DNA of 64,000 nt from assembly GCA_900551005.1 (NCBI GenBank), contig URUL01000001.1:246-64245 (forward strand). Direction: 5' to 3'. Position numbers and translations under genes: made by a program. The notes under the pieces were generated by a model, which did not search any database, was not told where the DNA came from, and worked only from the letters and a program-made list of their open reading frames with translations. Below, piece by piece: positions 1 through 7,335 of this stretch. Origin of the DNA: an uncultured Ruminococcus sp. GTDB lineage: Bacteria; Bacillota; Clostridia; Oscillospirales; CAG-272. Numbering within the stretch: position 1 is the first letter of the stretch; every line of letters starts with the position of its first letter.

Positions 1-233
1 TAGAATGTGGTTCTCGCCCACTTCTTGGTGTCGGGACGGTATCTGCCGTCGTAATCGTTTTCGTTAACGGTATTCGCCAAGACCCAACCCACACGGTCAA
101 TTCCGAATTCCTGACAAGCTGTTTTGATGATCTCATCCGGAAGGATGTTTCCGCTATACTGTTCGGACACCATCTTGTCGATGGCGTCCCTGCAACGGAT
201 ATTTTCCTTGTGAGAATCACGCCAGAGGTTCAT
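1..233 (-). CDS. DUF3849-like conjugative-element protein, N-terminal part (partial, runs off the window)
   Basis: My own translation from the ATG at 233-231 gives MNLWRDSHKENIRCRDAIDKMVSEQYSGNILPDEIIKTACQEFGIDRVGWVLANTVNENDYDGRYRPDTKKWA..., open to position 1. This resembles the LWRxSxKEN...VLANT pattern I associate with DUF3849 proteins of Firmicute ICEs. It is absent from the ORF track because it is truncated. Confidence 0.6.
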   Translation of the reverse strand, partial: MNLWRDSHKENIRCRDAIDKMVSEQYSGNILPDEIIKTACQEFGIDRVGWVLANTVNENDYDGRYRPDTKKWARTTF

Positions 234-286
234 TTCATTACAGCGTTTCGCTTCGGATAGCGAGTATCTGTATACGTGTCCGGGCA

Positions 287-565
287 TTACGCATGCTCCT
301 TGGCACTGATCTTGATGGAGAGATAACGGTGTAGAGCCTTCTGCTCGGTTTCTGTGAGGCTGTTGACAACATCAAGGATCGAGCCTTCGTTCTCGTCGGG
401 ATGTTTACAGCCATCGCATATCTTTTCCTTACGAAGAATGACCGTGTTTTCATCCTTCATTTCGTAGGAGACAAGGCTGTTGTATCCGATGCGCATTTTC
501 ATGCGGATTTCGAAAGGAACGGTGGTTCTTCCTCTTTTGCCGATGAGCTTGAATATCTTTTCCAT
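287..565 (-). CDS. AbrB/SpoVT-like DNA-binding protein
   Basis: ORF 287..646 trimmed to the internal ATG at 565. The N-terminus MEKIFKLIGKRGRTTVPFEIRMKMRIGYNSLVSYEMKDENTVILRK fits the swapped-hairpin AbrB/MazE/SpoVT pattern (G..t.P.eiR..l.i..gd.l.......i.l.k). Confidence 0.6.
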   Translation of the reverse strand: MEKIFKLIGKRGRTTVPFEIRMKMRIGYNSLVSYEMKDENTVILRKEKICDGCKHPDENEGSILDVVNSLTETEQKALHRYLSIKISAKEHA

Positions 566-579
566 GCGCGTTACCCCCG

Positions 580-834
580 TCAGTCGAGTACGCACTCGCC
601 GCAATGCGGACAGAAATACTCGCAGTAATCGCAATTTCCATCGCAATCATCTTCGTCATCATCGCTGAGGTCGTCTTCGGTATCCTCAAATTCATCATCT
701 GCTTCATCATCAGCAAATACGAGCGTGATGCGGTTGCCGGACACGGATGCTATGATGGGGGTGTCATCCGTGAGTTCGAGAGCATCCACAAGCTCCTCGG
801 GGAGGGTAAAACTTACTTTACATTTGATTTCCAT
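580..834 (-). CDS. Small AbrB-like, poly-acidic, Cys-rich protein of unknown function
   Basis: 84-aa ORF. The N-terminus VSFTLPEELVDALELTDDTPIIASVSGNRITLVF is AbrB-like. It is followed by an Asp/Glu-rich tract and a C-terminal CDGNCDYCEYFCPHCGEC cluster. It overlaps the dam stop by 22 nt. Confidence 0.6.
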   Translation of the reverse strand: MEIKCKVSFTLPEELVDALELTDDTPIIASVSGNRITLVFADDEADDEFEDTEDDLSDDDEDDCDGNCDYCEYFCPHCGECVLD

Positions 835-1685
835 ATAATTCTGTGCTCCTTTAATATTTTTTCTGATTCTTCGAGATCGTCAAAGAGAGTCAGTTGTCTT
901 GCGAGGACTCCTTCCTCGTAGGTGTCATAATTTGAAATGAGTAATTCCGGATACTGCTTCCCGGCATCATACCGTTGGGCAATATTCGAAAGTCTTGTGG
1001 TGGATTCGATCATGATCCCTTCTCTTGAATACAGCTCCCGGATCTCCGGGCAGTCATTGTATGAGAGAAGGAATTTGCCTTTGATCTTCATCAACGCATT
1101 GCAGAGCCGTTCATGGTCGGCTCGCCCGAAGCCTACATCCTCGTAATAGTCCTCGGTTTCATAGTACGGAGGATCGAGATAGAAGATGGTATTCGGGCGG
1201 TCGTACTGTGCAATGAGCTTTTCAAAGTCCTTGTTTTCGATCACCACGTTTTGCAAGCGTCGGGACGCTTCGGTTATCAAGGGAAAGTTACGCCACATAT
1301 TGTGCGGTTGCGCTCCAAAGGAGTCAAGCCCTGATGCGTAGCTTTGCCGGATGATCTGATAAAAGTAGGCGGCACGTTTGATGTCGGGGATGGCGGTCTT
1401 GCTTTTCAGTACCTCTCGGATATGCTCGAAATCTGTTCGTGAATTGAGCGAATACCGGAGTTCCTCGCAGAGTTCCTCGGGGTGATCTCTTACGCACCTG
1501 TAGAGGTTTGCAAGGTTCGGATTGAAGTCGTTATACACCTCAAATTTTCCGGGTGTCTTATGAAAGAGCACCCACCCGCCACCGCCGAACACCTCAACGT
1601 ATCTGTCACAGGAGTGGCAAAGCCTTGTCACGATCGCATCCCGCAAGGCTTTTTTGCCGCCTACCCACGACATAAAACTGTTCAT
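813..1685 (-). CDS. dam: DNA adenine (N6) methyltransferase, Dam/D12 class, orphan
   Basis: Motifs: SWVGGKK at the N-terminus, EVFGGGGWV (AdoMet-binding FxGxG) and FYLDPPYY (DPPY catalytic). Start set at the ATG at 1685, preceded by AAAGGAAA. The ORF-track start at 1754 adds 23 non-homologous residues. Confidence 0.85.
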   Translation of the reverse strand: MNSFMSWVGGKKALRDAIVTRLCHSCDRYVEVFGGGGWVLFHKTPGKFEVYNDFNPNLANLYRCVRDHPEELCEELRYSLNSRTDFEHIREVLKSKTAIPDIKRAAYFYQIIRQSYASGLDSFGAQPHNMWRNFPLITEASRRLQNVVIENKDFEKLIAQYDRPNTIFYLDPPYYETEDYYEDVGFGRADHERLCNALMKIKGKFLLSYNDCPEIRELYSREGIMIESTTRLSNIAQRYDAGKQYPELLISNYDTYEEGVLARQLTLFDDLEESEKILKEHRIIWKSNVK

Positions 1686-1840
1686 TGTTTCCTTTCTGAA
1701 GCCGAGTACAAAAGAAAAGACCGTTTTGCCTTTCCTTCTGCAAAACGACCTCATAATTTGTTTTTATTTTTTGTTGATCTGAAAGCGGCACATCGTGAAT
1801 ACGCCCACGATGCCACCAACTAACAGACCGATGAAGAAGG

Positions 1841-2686
1841 TCAGCATAGCGTCATACCTTCCTCGTTGTGGTAGGCTGACTCCATGGCATCATCGCCAAG
1901 GCTTTGCACATAACCGTTGTAGTCATCCCAGGAATTACAGCGATGGATACCCCAAGCACGAATGCCGGCTTTTGCTTCTTCAAGTGAGCTCGTATCCTCG
2001 CCGTGAAGTCTGTCGAGTTCCAGCCACACCTTGCCGTTATTCTCGTCATAACAAAGGACAGCCGGATGACCGAGAGAAGCATCGCACTGAAAGGACGGCG
2101 ATACATGAACCCCCTCACAGTATTCGTAGTAGTTGCCGAGAAGGGATAGCACATAACCTGAAGCGGAGTTGATGTCAAATGACAGTTCAATCCCAATAAT
2201 ATCCGCGGCAAGCTCCTGCGCTACGGCAGTTCCTTCCTGTGGGGAATTGTCATCAATTAACTCTCCGGCGATAAAGGAGATCTCACCCACATTGTAACCG
2301 AGGTCTTCATCGGCATAACGAAGCTCAAATTCTACATCGGGGTATTTTTCGGACAGCTTGAAAAGGACACGAAACGGAGAACCGTTTGCCGTGAGGAATG
2401 TTATCGTACCGGTGTCACCGGAATAGGTGGGGGTTTCAAAGCCATAGGCGTTCCATTTGGTGTTCCAGTTTTTCATGCGCCAGTCGTACCAGTTGTTGTC
2501 CTTGTAGCGTTTCATTTCTTCGAGCCCGAGGTCTCCCATATATAGACCTTCGGGTTCGGGAATCAGTTTCCGGAAGTCGATTGAACCGAGTCCGGCTTCG
2601 TCGCTCTGAATATCCTTCAGAATCTCATGGAAACGGTCTTCCGTACAATGGTGAAAGTGCAATTCATTGGTTACATGGTTCGGCAT
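1841..2686 (-). CDS. Api92-like/DUF1281-like protein (conjugative-element associated)
   Basis: 281-aa ORF starting MPNHVTNELHF, similar to the MPNWCxN start I recall for DUF1281. It also has a W-rich NWYDWRMKNWNTKWN segment. Its first 23 nt overlap the dcm stop. The family assignment is from memory only. Confidence 0.5.
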   Translation of the reverse strand: MPNHVTNELHFHHCTEDRFHEILKDIQSDEAGLGSIDFRKLIPEPEGLYMGDLGLEEMKRYKDNNWYDWRMKNWNTKWNAYGFETPTYSGDTGTITFLTANGSPFRVLFKLSEKYPDVEFELRYADEDLGYNVGEISFIAGELIDDNSPQEGTAVAQELAADIIGIELSFDINSASGYVLSLLGNYYEYCEGVHVSPSFQCDASLGHPAVLCYDENNGKVWLELDRLHGEDTSSLEEAKAGIRAWGIHRCNSWDDYNGYVQSLGDDAMESAYHNEEGMTLC

Positions 2687-3956
2687 GATTATCTTCCTCC
2701 GTCGCTTTCCTTTCGTGAATTCGTTTGATCACTGCCCCGAGAGCCGTAATGACCGGAACGCTGACCGCATTACCTGCCATCTTATAGAGCCTTGCATCGG
2801 ATATTCCTGCTGATTGGGCTTTCAAAAACTGCTCGTCGGTAAATCCCTGCAAACGCCAGCACTCAATGGGCATGAGCTTGCGGATGCGGTCCTGCTCGGC
2901 AATCCCGTGTAGGTCTTGGGTTGTGAGTGTAAACATCGGTTCTTCCGGGTCTTTCATCCTTCTGCCTTGCTGACGAACGGTTTCCCGCTCAGGATTCAGA
3001 AAAGCGCACGGGCCATCTCCCGCCTTTTCCAAGACTCCGGAATGCTCACCCCGGCGGTTGCCGATCCCCGAATCCTGTCTTGCCGTAATGCAACGGGCAA
3101 GCTCTGTGATCTTGGGTTCAGGATTCATATCGATACAATAGACTCCCTGTGTACTGCTCGTAGTCAGCGTGTGGGCGATCTGTTTGCCGACACGTCCTCG
3201 TCTTGAATTGAGATTGGGATATGCCAGGTCAATACTGTCACCGGGTTCGGCCATCTGAAAGCCGGACTTGGTGAAGGATTTGATGGGAAGTTGTCCAACC
3301 GAATACAAGCCGGTGTTCCCGGCAAAACCTCCGGCACTGCTTGTCAGTGTACAGCTCAGTCCTTCTTGTCCGTAGATTCTGTCACCTTGTCTGCCGCCGA
3401 TCTTTTGAATAATAGTTTTTGGATTTGAATCGGTGAAAGATAATATCTCTCCGGGGCATTCTTCTCCAAGACAGCAGACAAGAAACACTCTTTTTCGGGA
3501 TTGGGGAACACCGAAATCTGCGCTGTTAAGAACCTGCCATGCGACATCGTACCCCAGTTCCGAAAGCGTACCGAGGATGGTCGCAAACGTCCTGCCGCTG
3601 TCGTGAGATAGCAGTCCGGGAACGTTTTCAAGGAGCAGATACTTAGGTCTTTTAACTCTGGCAATCCGAGCGATCTCAAAGAAAAGCGTTCCTCGGGCAT
3701 CTTCAAAGCCCCCTCGCTTTCCAGCGATTGAAAAGCTCTGACAAGGGAATCCGCCGCAAATAAGGTCGATATCCGGCAATTCTTCGGGGACGATCTTTCT
3801 TGCGTCTTCAAAAAATAGTTCTCCTTTCGTGTCATAGATTGCTTCATAGGCTTTCCGTGCGTAAGGATCGATCTCGCAAAAACCTACGGGGACAAAAAAA
3901 TCGCCGAACTTGGAGAGTCCTGATCTGAACCCACCAATGCCGGCGAACATGTCCAA
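2664..3956 (-). CDS. dcm: DNA cytosine-5 methyltransferase, orphan
   Basis: Canonical m5C motifs in order: I MFAGIGGF, IV GGFPCQSFS, VI ENVPGL, VIII QSRKRVF, X GNAVSVPV. A long variable (target-recognition) region lies between VIII and X. Confidence 0.9.
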   Translation of the reverse strand: MDMFAGIGGFRSGLSKFGDFFVPVGFCEIDPYARKAYEAIYDTKGELFFEDARKIVPEELPDIDLICGGFPCQSFSIAGKRGGFEDARGTLFFEIARIARVKRPKYLLLENVPGLLSHDSGRTFATILGTLSELGYDVAWQVLNSADFGVPQSRKRVFLVCCLGEECPGEILSFTDSNPKTIIQKIGGRQGDRIYGQEGLSCTLTSSAGGFAGNTGLYSVGQLPIKSFTKSGFQMAEPGDSIDLAYPNLNSRRGRVGKQIAHTLTTSSTQGVYCIDMNPEPKITELARCITARQDSGIGNRRGEHSGVLEKAGDGPCAFLNPERETVRQQGRRMKDPEEPMFTLTTQDLHGIAEQDRIRKLMPIECWRLQGFTDEQFLKAQSAGISDARLYKMAGNAVSVPVITALGAVIKRIHERKATEEDNHAEPCNQ

Positions 3957-3976
3957 ATATTTGATTTGATTATTAT

Positions 3977-4744
3977 TCAGAGGCTCATACCTCCGTTCTG
4001 CTCAAACGACTGTCCAGTAGCGGAGGAGATGATATCCCAAATGTCTTCGGGACAATCTGCCATATCTACGTGGATATCGCTCTCACAATTTACTGTGTAC
4101 CAGTATCGGTACGGTACCAGATTCTGCATGAAGGCTTTTTGGTCTTCTGTTTCTTCCGTTACACCGTGATCGATTACGCCTGTCGGTGTCATAACGCACG
4201 TACCCCAATGTTCTCCGGAGGAGTCCAAGTCAAGGGTTACAAGCGCAGGATAGTAGTCGCCTGTCTGCAGGGATTCTACGATGGCAGGTACTTGGATGAA
4301 ACCGACGAGACCATCGACACTGTCTGTGTCATAAATCTCAACGAACTTGTCGTGAAGCTGCCCCAAAATCTCGGTGGTGTAGCTGTCATTCGCATTCTCG
4401 ATTTCCTCGGCGAAGCGGTCAAGGTCTACATCCGCAAAGATATCTCGGTGAACGGCCTCGTAATACTTGTCGTAATTCCGTGCGCACTTTTCTTCGAGAA
4501 GCTCGGCTTGCGTTAAGGCTCTGTAATGATCCTCTCCGTATGCCAAACCGAGGCTTCTGCCGTTATCGAACCTGCAGAAGACGGTAGCAATGTCATCGAT
4601 TCCCTCAACCGTGCCTTTGGTTCCGGGCGGAATCGGACGTGGATCATCTCCCATACTGATGAGTTTGATGCGAGTGCCTATGGGATAGCGTTCTCGCAAG
4701 CTCTTTGCGATGTTGCTCAATTGGCTGAAGGAATATTCCATCAC
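3977..4744 (-). CDS. DUF4314-like domain protein (conjugative-element associated)
   Basis: 255-aa ORF. The N-terminal IGTRIKLISMGDDPRPIPPGTKGTVEGIDDIATVFCRFDNGRSLGL matches my recollection of the DUF4314 SH3-like module. The stop overlaps the next start (ATGA-type junction at 4741-4744). Confidence 0.6.
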   Translation of the reverse strand: MMEYSFSQLSNIAKSLRERYPIGTRIKLISMGDDPRPIPPGTKGTVEGIDDIATVFCRFDNGRSLGLAYGEDHYRALTQAELLEEKCARNYDKYYEAVHRDIFADVDLDRFAEEIENANDSYTTEILGQLHDKFVEIYDTDSVDGLVGFIQVPAIVESLQTGDYYPALVTLDLDSSGEHWGTCVMTPTGVIDHGVTEETEDQKAFMQNLVPYRYWYTVNCESDIHVDMADCPEDIWDIISSATGQSFEQNGGMSL

Positions 4745-5154
4745 ATACCTCCCATTTCCATGCCGCTATCAAAGCGATAGCCTTGGTCGGCATACATGGA
4801 GATATAGTCCTCAACCGTATCGGAGATAAGTTTGTAGTCATAAGCGGTCGGATGATAGATATACCAGTCAACTTTTTGACCGTCTTCCCAAATATGGGGT
4901 TCACGGTCACCCTTCATGCCGATGATATCGGAAAATTTGAAGGTTTCGCTGTCAACCGTACCTTCGTGGCGGTTGATGATGGTGAGTCGCAAGGCATCAT
5001 ACTTTGCGTGGGTATTCGTGTAGACGAATTGTACCTTGGCTCTTAAATCTTCACCGATGGGAGCAATCATTGTCTTACCTGCGAAAACCGCATCCTCCGA
5101 AATACATTCAGAATCGTCAAAGAGCCTGTGAAGCTCTTTTTCAAAAAAAGTCAA
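4741..5154 (-). CDS. Hypothetical protein (ICE cargo)
   Basis: ORF 4741..5274 trimmed to the TTG at 5154, which follows AAAGGAG (reverse complement of 5161-5170) and avoids a ~100-nt overlap with the upstream gene. The C-terminus is ...SGMEMGGM. Confidence 0.6.
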   Translation of the reverse strand: MTFFEKELHRLFDDSECISEDAVFAGKTMIAPIGEDLRAKVQFVYTNTHAKYDALRLTIINRHEGTVDSETFKFSDIIGMKGDREPHIWEDGQKVDWYIYHPTAYDYKLISDTVEDYISMYADQGYRFDSGMEMGGM

Positions 5155-5176
5155 TAATATGATCTCCTTTCTTCTC

Positions 5177-5443
5177 TTAATACAAATAACGGTCTTCAAA
5201 GCCTTCGCTTTTTCGAAGTTCTGCCATGAGCTCATCTCTGAATCGCATATCTGTGCATTCGTCGATCTCACCATTTTCGAATTCCAAAAGCGTAGTGCCG
5301 TCTGCTTCTGCGATATAACCGCAGTGTTGTGTATGAATGAAGTCAGCCACTTCTTTCATACTGTGGAGTTGTATGCCCTCGTCATAGAGTCCGATATGAC
5401 CGAGGAGCATGTCGTAATACATTTCTGTCACGCTCACCCCCAA
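5177..5443 (-). CDS. Hypothetical small protein (ICE cargo)
   Basis: 88-aa ORF in the same operon-like array. Its start overlaps the stop of the upstream ORF by 10 nt. No recognisable motif. Confidence 0.5.
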   Translation of the reverse strand: MGVSVTEMYYDMLLGHIGLYDEGIQLHSMKEVADFIHTQHCGYIAEADGTTLLEFENGEIDECTDMRFRDELMAELRKSEGFEDRYLY

Positions 5444-5778
5444 TCCATCCCGAAAAGTTCATCGGGAGAATAACTGCAGGTGAAGTCAACAGATTCAATG
5501 TGGTCGCAGTGACCGGAGAGGAACTTCTCGTCCTTCTGCATTCGGAGCAGGAAGTATGCCACTTCCTCGATGGATGCCTTGAATGTTTCACCTTCGCCGT
5601 AAAGATAGGCTTCAGCGTGTACGGTGATCTCGGTGTCTTCCTCAATGCTGTCGATGAAATCTTCGAACTTGGTGTAGTAATCGAAGTCTTCGAGCTCTCT
5701 CGGAATACCGCTGACGAGGAACTCCGCTTCGTTGCCATCGGGAGTTGAAACACGAACGTGGGAGAATAGAAGAGCCAT
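5434..5778 (-). CDS. Hypothetical protein (ICE cargo)
   Basis: 114-aa acidic ORF. Its ATG shares one nucleotide with the stop of the upstream gene at 5778. No recognisable motif. Confidence 0.55.
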   Translation of the reverse strand: MALLFSHVRVSTPDGNEAEFLVSGIPRELEDFDYYTKFEDFIDSIEEDTEITVHAEAYLYGEGETFKASIEEVAYFLLRMQKDEKFLSGHCDHIESVDFTCSYSPDELFGMDWG

Positions 5779-6650
5779 TACATCCCACCCATCGTCATGC
5801 CGTCCGACATGAGGCGATCCTCGAACTCGTCTTGGTTATCGATGAAATAATTATCATCGGGACTCCAAAGGCTCACGTACATGAAAGCACCCCGGTGTCC
5901 ACCCTCGAAGTAGATCTCTCTCTGCTCGAATCCTTCGCCAAGGCCGTCCGAGTTCTGTCCGGAGATCCAACTCTTCAGATCCTGTTCCTCGTCCTCTGTG
6001 AGGGGGCCTGCGGTCTGTACGGTGATGCATCCGTAAAGCTCGCCGTTTCTACGCTCGAAGCCCCATTCGGCTGACCGTAGCTTTTCGGACACACCATTGT
6101 TTCCATCGAAGTATTCAGCCATGTTGTTTTCATCAATGCTGTTATACTCCGCCAAACGCTGACGGATGACATCCTCATGTCGAGCTGCGAAGGTTGCATC
6201 TTCCTCGTAGCCGTCCTCATCAACTTCGCCCCAACTATTTGTTCCGTGAACCTGAATGGTAAGGGGACAATAGTATTTGGTTGTAACCGATTGAGGATAG
6301 GCTTCGGAAAGCATTCTGTCGAGTTGCTCATAGGAGGCAAGTCCTTCGACCTTGACGGTGTTCTCAAACTCTCGTCTGTTCTGATAGGGGAGGCTGTGCA
6401 TCAGAGCGATCGTGTCATTGAACGTGTGAAAGCGGAAGCCTGTGGGGATTGCTTTGGCGATGGCATTTTCTACAACACCACGGCAGTCGAGCGTGAACGA
6501 GAGACCTTGGTCGGATTCTTCATTGTATTTGATGTCGTAAGCACTTGCGTGATTTTTACCCAAATACGAGAGAGCACCTGCCAACTGTTTTCGATCTACT
6601 GGAAGCTGAACATGGGCTGTGTAGTCGCCGTTTGAAATAATTGCATTCAT
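5778..6650 (-). CDS. Hypothetical protein (ICE cargo), first gene of the visible array
   Basis: 290-aa ORF with the RBS AGAAAGGA 8 nt upstream of the ATG at 6650. The C-terminus is ...SDGMTMGGM. No family assigned with confidence. Confidence 0.65.
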   Translation of the reverse strand: MNAIISNGDYTAHVQLPVDRKQLAGALSYLGKNHASAYDIKYNEESDQGLSFTLDCRGVVENAIAKAIPTGFRFHTFNDTIALMHSLPYQNRREFENTVKVEGLASYEQLDRMLSEAYPQSVTTKYYCPLTIQVHGTNSWGEVDEDGYEEDATFAARHEDVIRQRLAEYNSIDENNMAEYFDGNNGVSEKLRSAEWGFERRNGELYGCITVQTAGPLTEDEEQDLKSWISGQNSDGLGEGFEQREIYFEGGHRGAFMYVSLWSPDDNYFIDNQDEFEDRLMSDGMTMGGM

Positions 6651-6747
6651 CTGTTATCATCCTTTCTGCAAATAAAAAAGCCAAACGCTTGGCTGATAAG
6701 CATTTGGCTATGTATGCAGAAGGCTTTTCTTCAGCAGTTCAATATTT

Positions 6748-7007
6748 GGTTTTCGTGAGTTCAAACCCTTCCGATAGAACAATGGACTGTTTTTGAAAAT
6801 TGTGTTATTCAAGGTTTCGTGGGTTCGGATCCTTTCGTAGAAGGAGGGGACTGATTTTGTAGTGCATGATTTGTAAACAATTTGTGTCTAACGCAAAAAA
6901 CCGAAAGAATTTGAAACCCTGTCGCGGGTTCAAGTCCTTTCGGTCGCTTGTTTTTGATGATAGCTTAAGGAAAAACGGCTCAATCCATAGTTCGTTCCTT
7001 TCGGCTC
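6748..7007 (+). repeat. Degenerate ~30-nt direct repeats with a tRNA T-loop-like core (GTTCRRAYCCTTYCG)
   Basis: R1 at 6748-6779 is GGTTTTCGTGAGTTCAAACCCTTCCGATAGAA. R2 at 6813-6842 is GGTTTCGTGGGTTCGGATCCTTTCGTAGAA. R3 at 6919-6947 is CTGTCGCGGGTTCAAGTCCTTTCGGTCGC. A partial copy lies at 6989-7007 (AGTTCGTTCCTTTCGGCTC). Aligned by eye. Confidence 0.6.
6900..6950. terminator. Long imperfect hairpin flanked by an A-run and a T-run (bidirectional terminator-like)
   Basis: The 5' arm ACCGAAAGAATTTGAAACCC (6900-6919) pairs with GGGTTCAAGTCCTTTCGGT (6926-6944), with one bulge and about two mismatches or wobbles. It is preceded by AAAAAA and followed by CGCTTGTTTTT. Confidence 0.5.
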
Positions 7008-7057
7008 AATGAAATACCGAAAATGGATCTATGAAACTTTGAAAAAAAGTAGGCGCG

Positions 7058-7090
7058 AAAAAACGGGAGAAATCTCTCGAAATCTCCCGT
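7058..7090 (-). terminator. Rho-independent terminator downstream of the tRNA genes
   Basis: The stem ACGGGAGA (7063-7070) pairs with TCTCCCGT (7083-7090). On the minus strand the hairpin is followed by TTTTTT (complement of the A-run at 7058-7063). Confidence 0.6.
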
Positions 7091-7133
7091 TTTCTCTTGT
7101 TTTCTCTTTCGGATCTTTTTTGACCGATAGACT

Positions 7134-7209
7134 TGGCAGGGGCAGTAAGAATCGAACTCACGACACGCGGTTTTGGAGACCGCTGCTCTACCTGCTGAGC
7201 TATACCCCT
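7134..7209 (-). tRNA. trnW: tRNA-Trp (anticodon CCA), CCA end encoded
   Basis: The reverse complement folds as a cloverleaf: AGGGGTA-TA-GCTC-AGCAGGTA-GAGC-A-GCGGT-CTCCAAA-ACCGC-GTGTC-GTGAG-TTCGATT-CTTAC-TGCCCCT-G-CCA. The anticodon loop CTCCAAA gives CCA. Confidence 0.9.
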
Positions 7210-7335
7210 ATACAAAAGCGAAACCAATTGGTTTCGCCATATCTGACGTGACAGTCAGACATAAGTCTGATCGCATCGTCAAAAACAATCGGCATTGCAC
7301 TGCACCTGATCGTAATCGATGTGCGGCATGCCTGC

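Larger units (their letters stand above)
1..6650 (-). mobile_element. Terminal cargo segment of an integrated conjugative-element (ICE)-like island; continues beyond the window start
   Basis: Eleven co-directional, tightly packed or overlapping minus-strand ORFs. The recognisable members (DUF3849-like, AbrB-like, orphan Dam and Dcm methyltransferases, Api92/DUF1281-like, DUF4314-like) are typical cargo of Firmicute conjugative elements. The block stops ~480 nt from the 3' end of tRNA-Trp. There is no integrase, relaxase or T4SS gene in the window, so the element type and exact border are inferred. Confidence 0.55.

Noticed and set aside
3356-3847. 163-aa ORF inside dcm in another minus-strand frame
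   Set aside because: It is fully nested within the C5-methyltransferase gene, whose ordered motifs I-X occupy the correct frame. It is an overlapping-frame artefact.
6748-6947. T-loop-like repeats (GTTCRANYCC) considered as tRNA genes or pseudogenes
   Set aside because: None has a complementary T-stem, acceptor stem, anticodon arm or D-arm, so none can fold as a cloverleaf. They are kept only as a repeat or structure observation.
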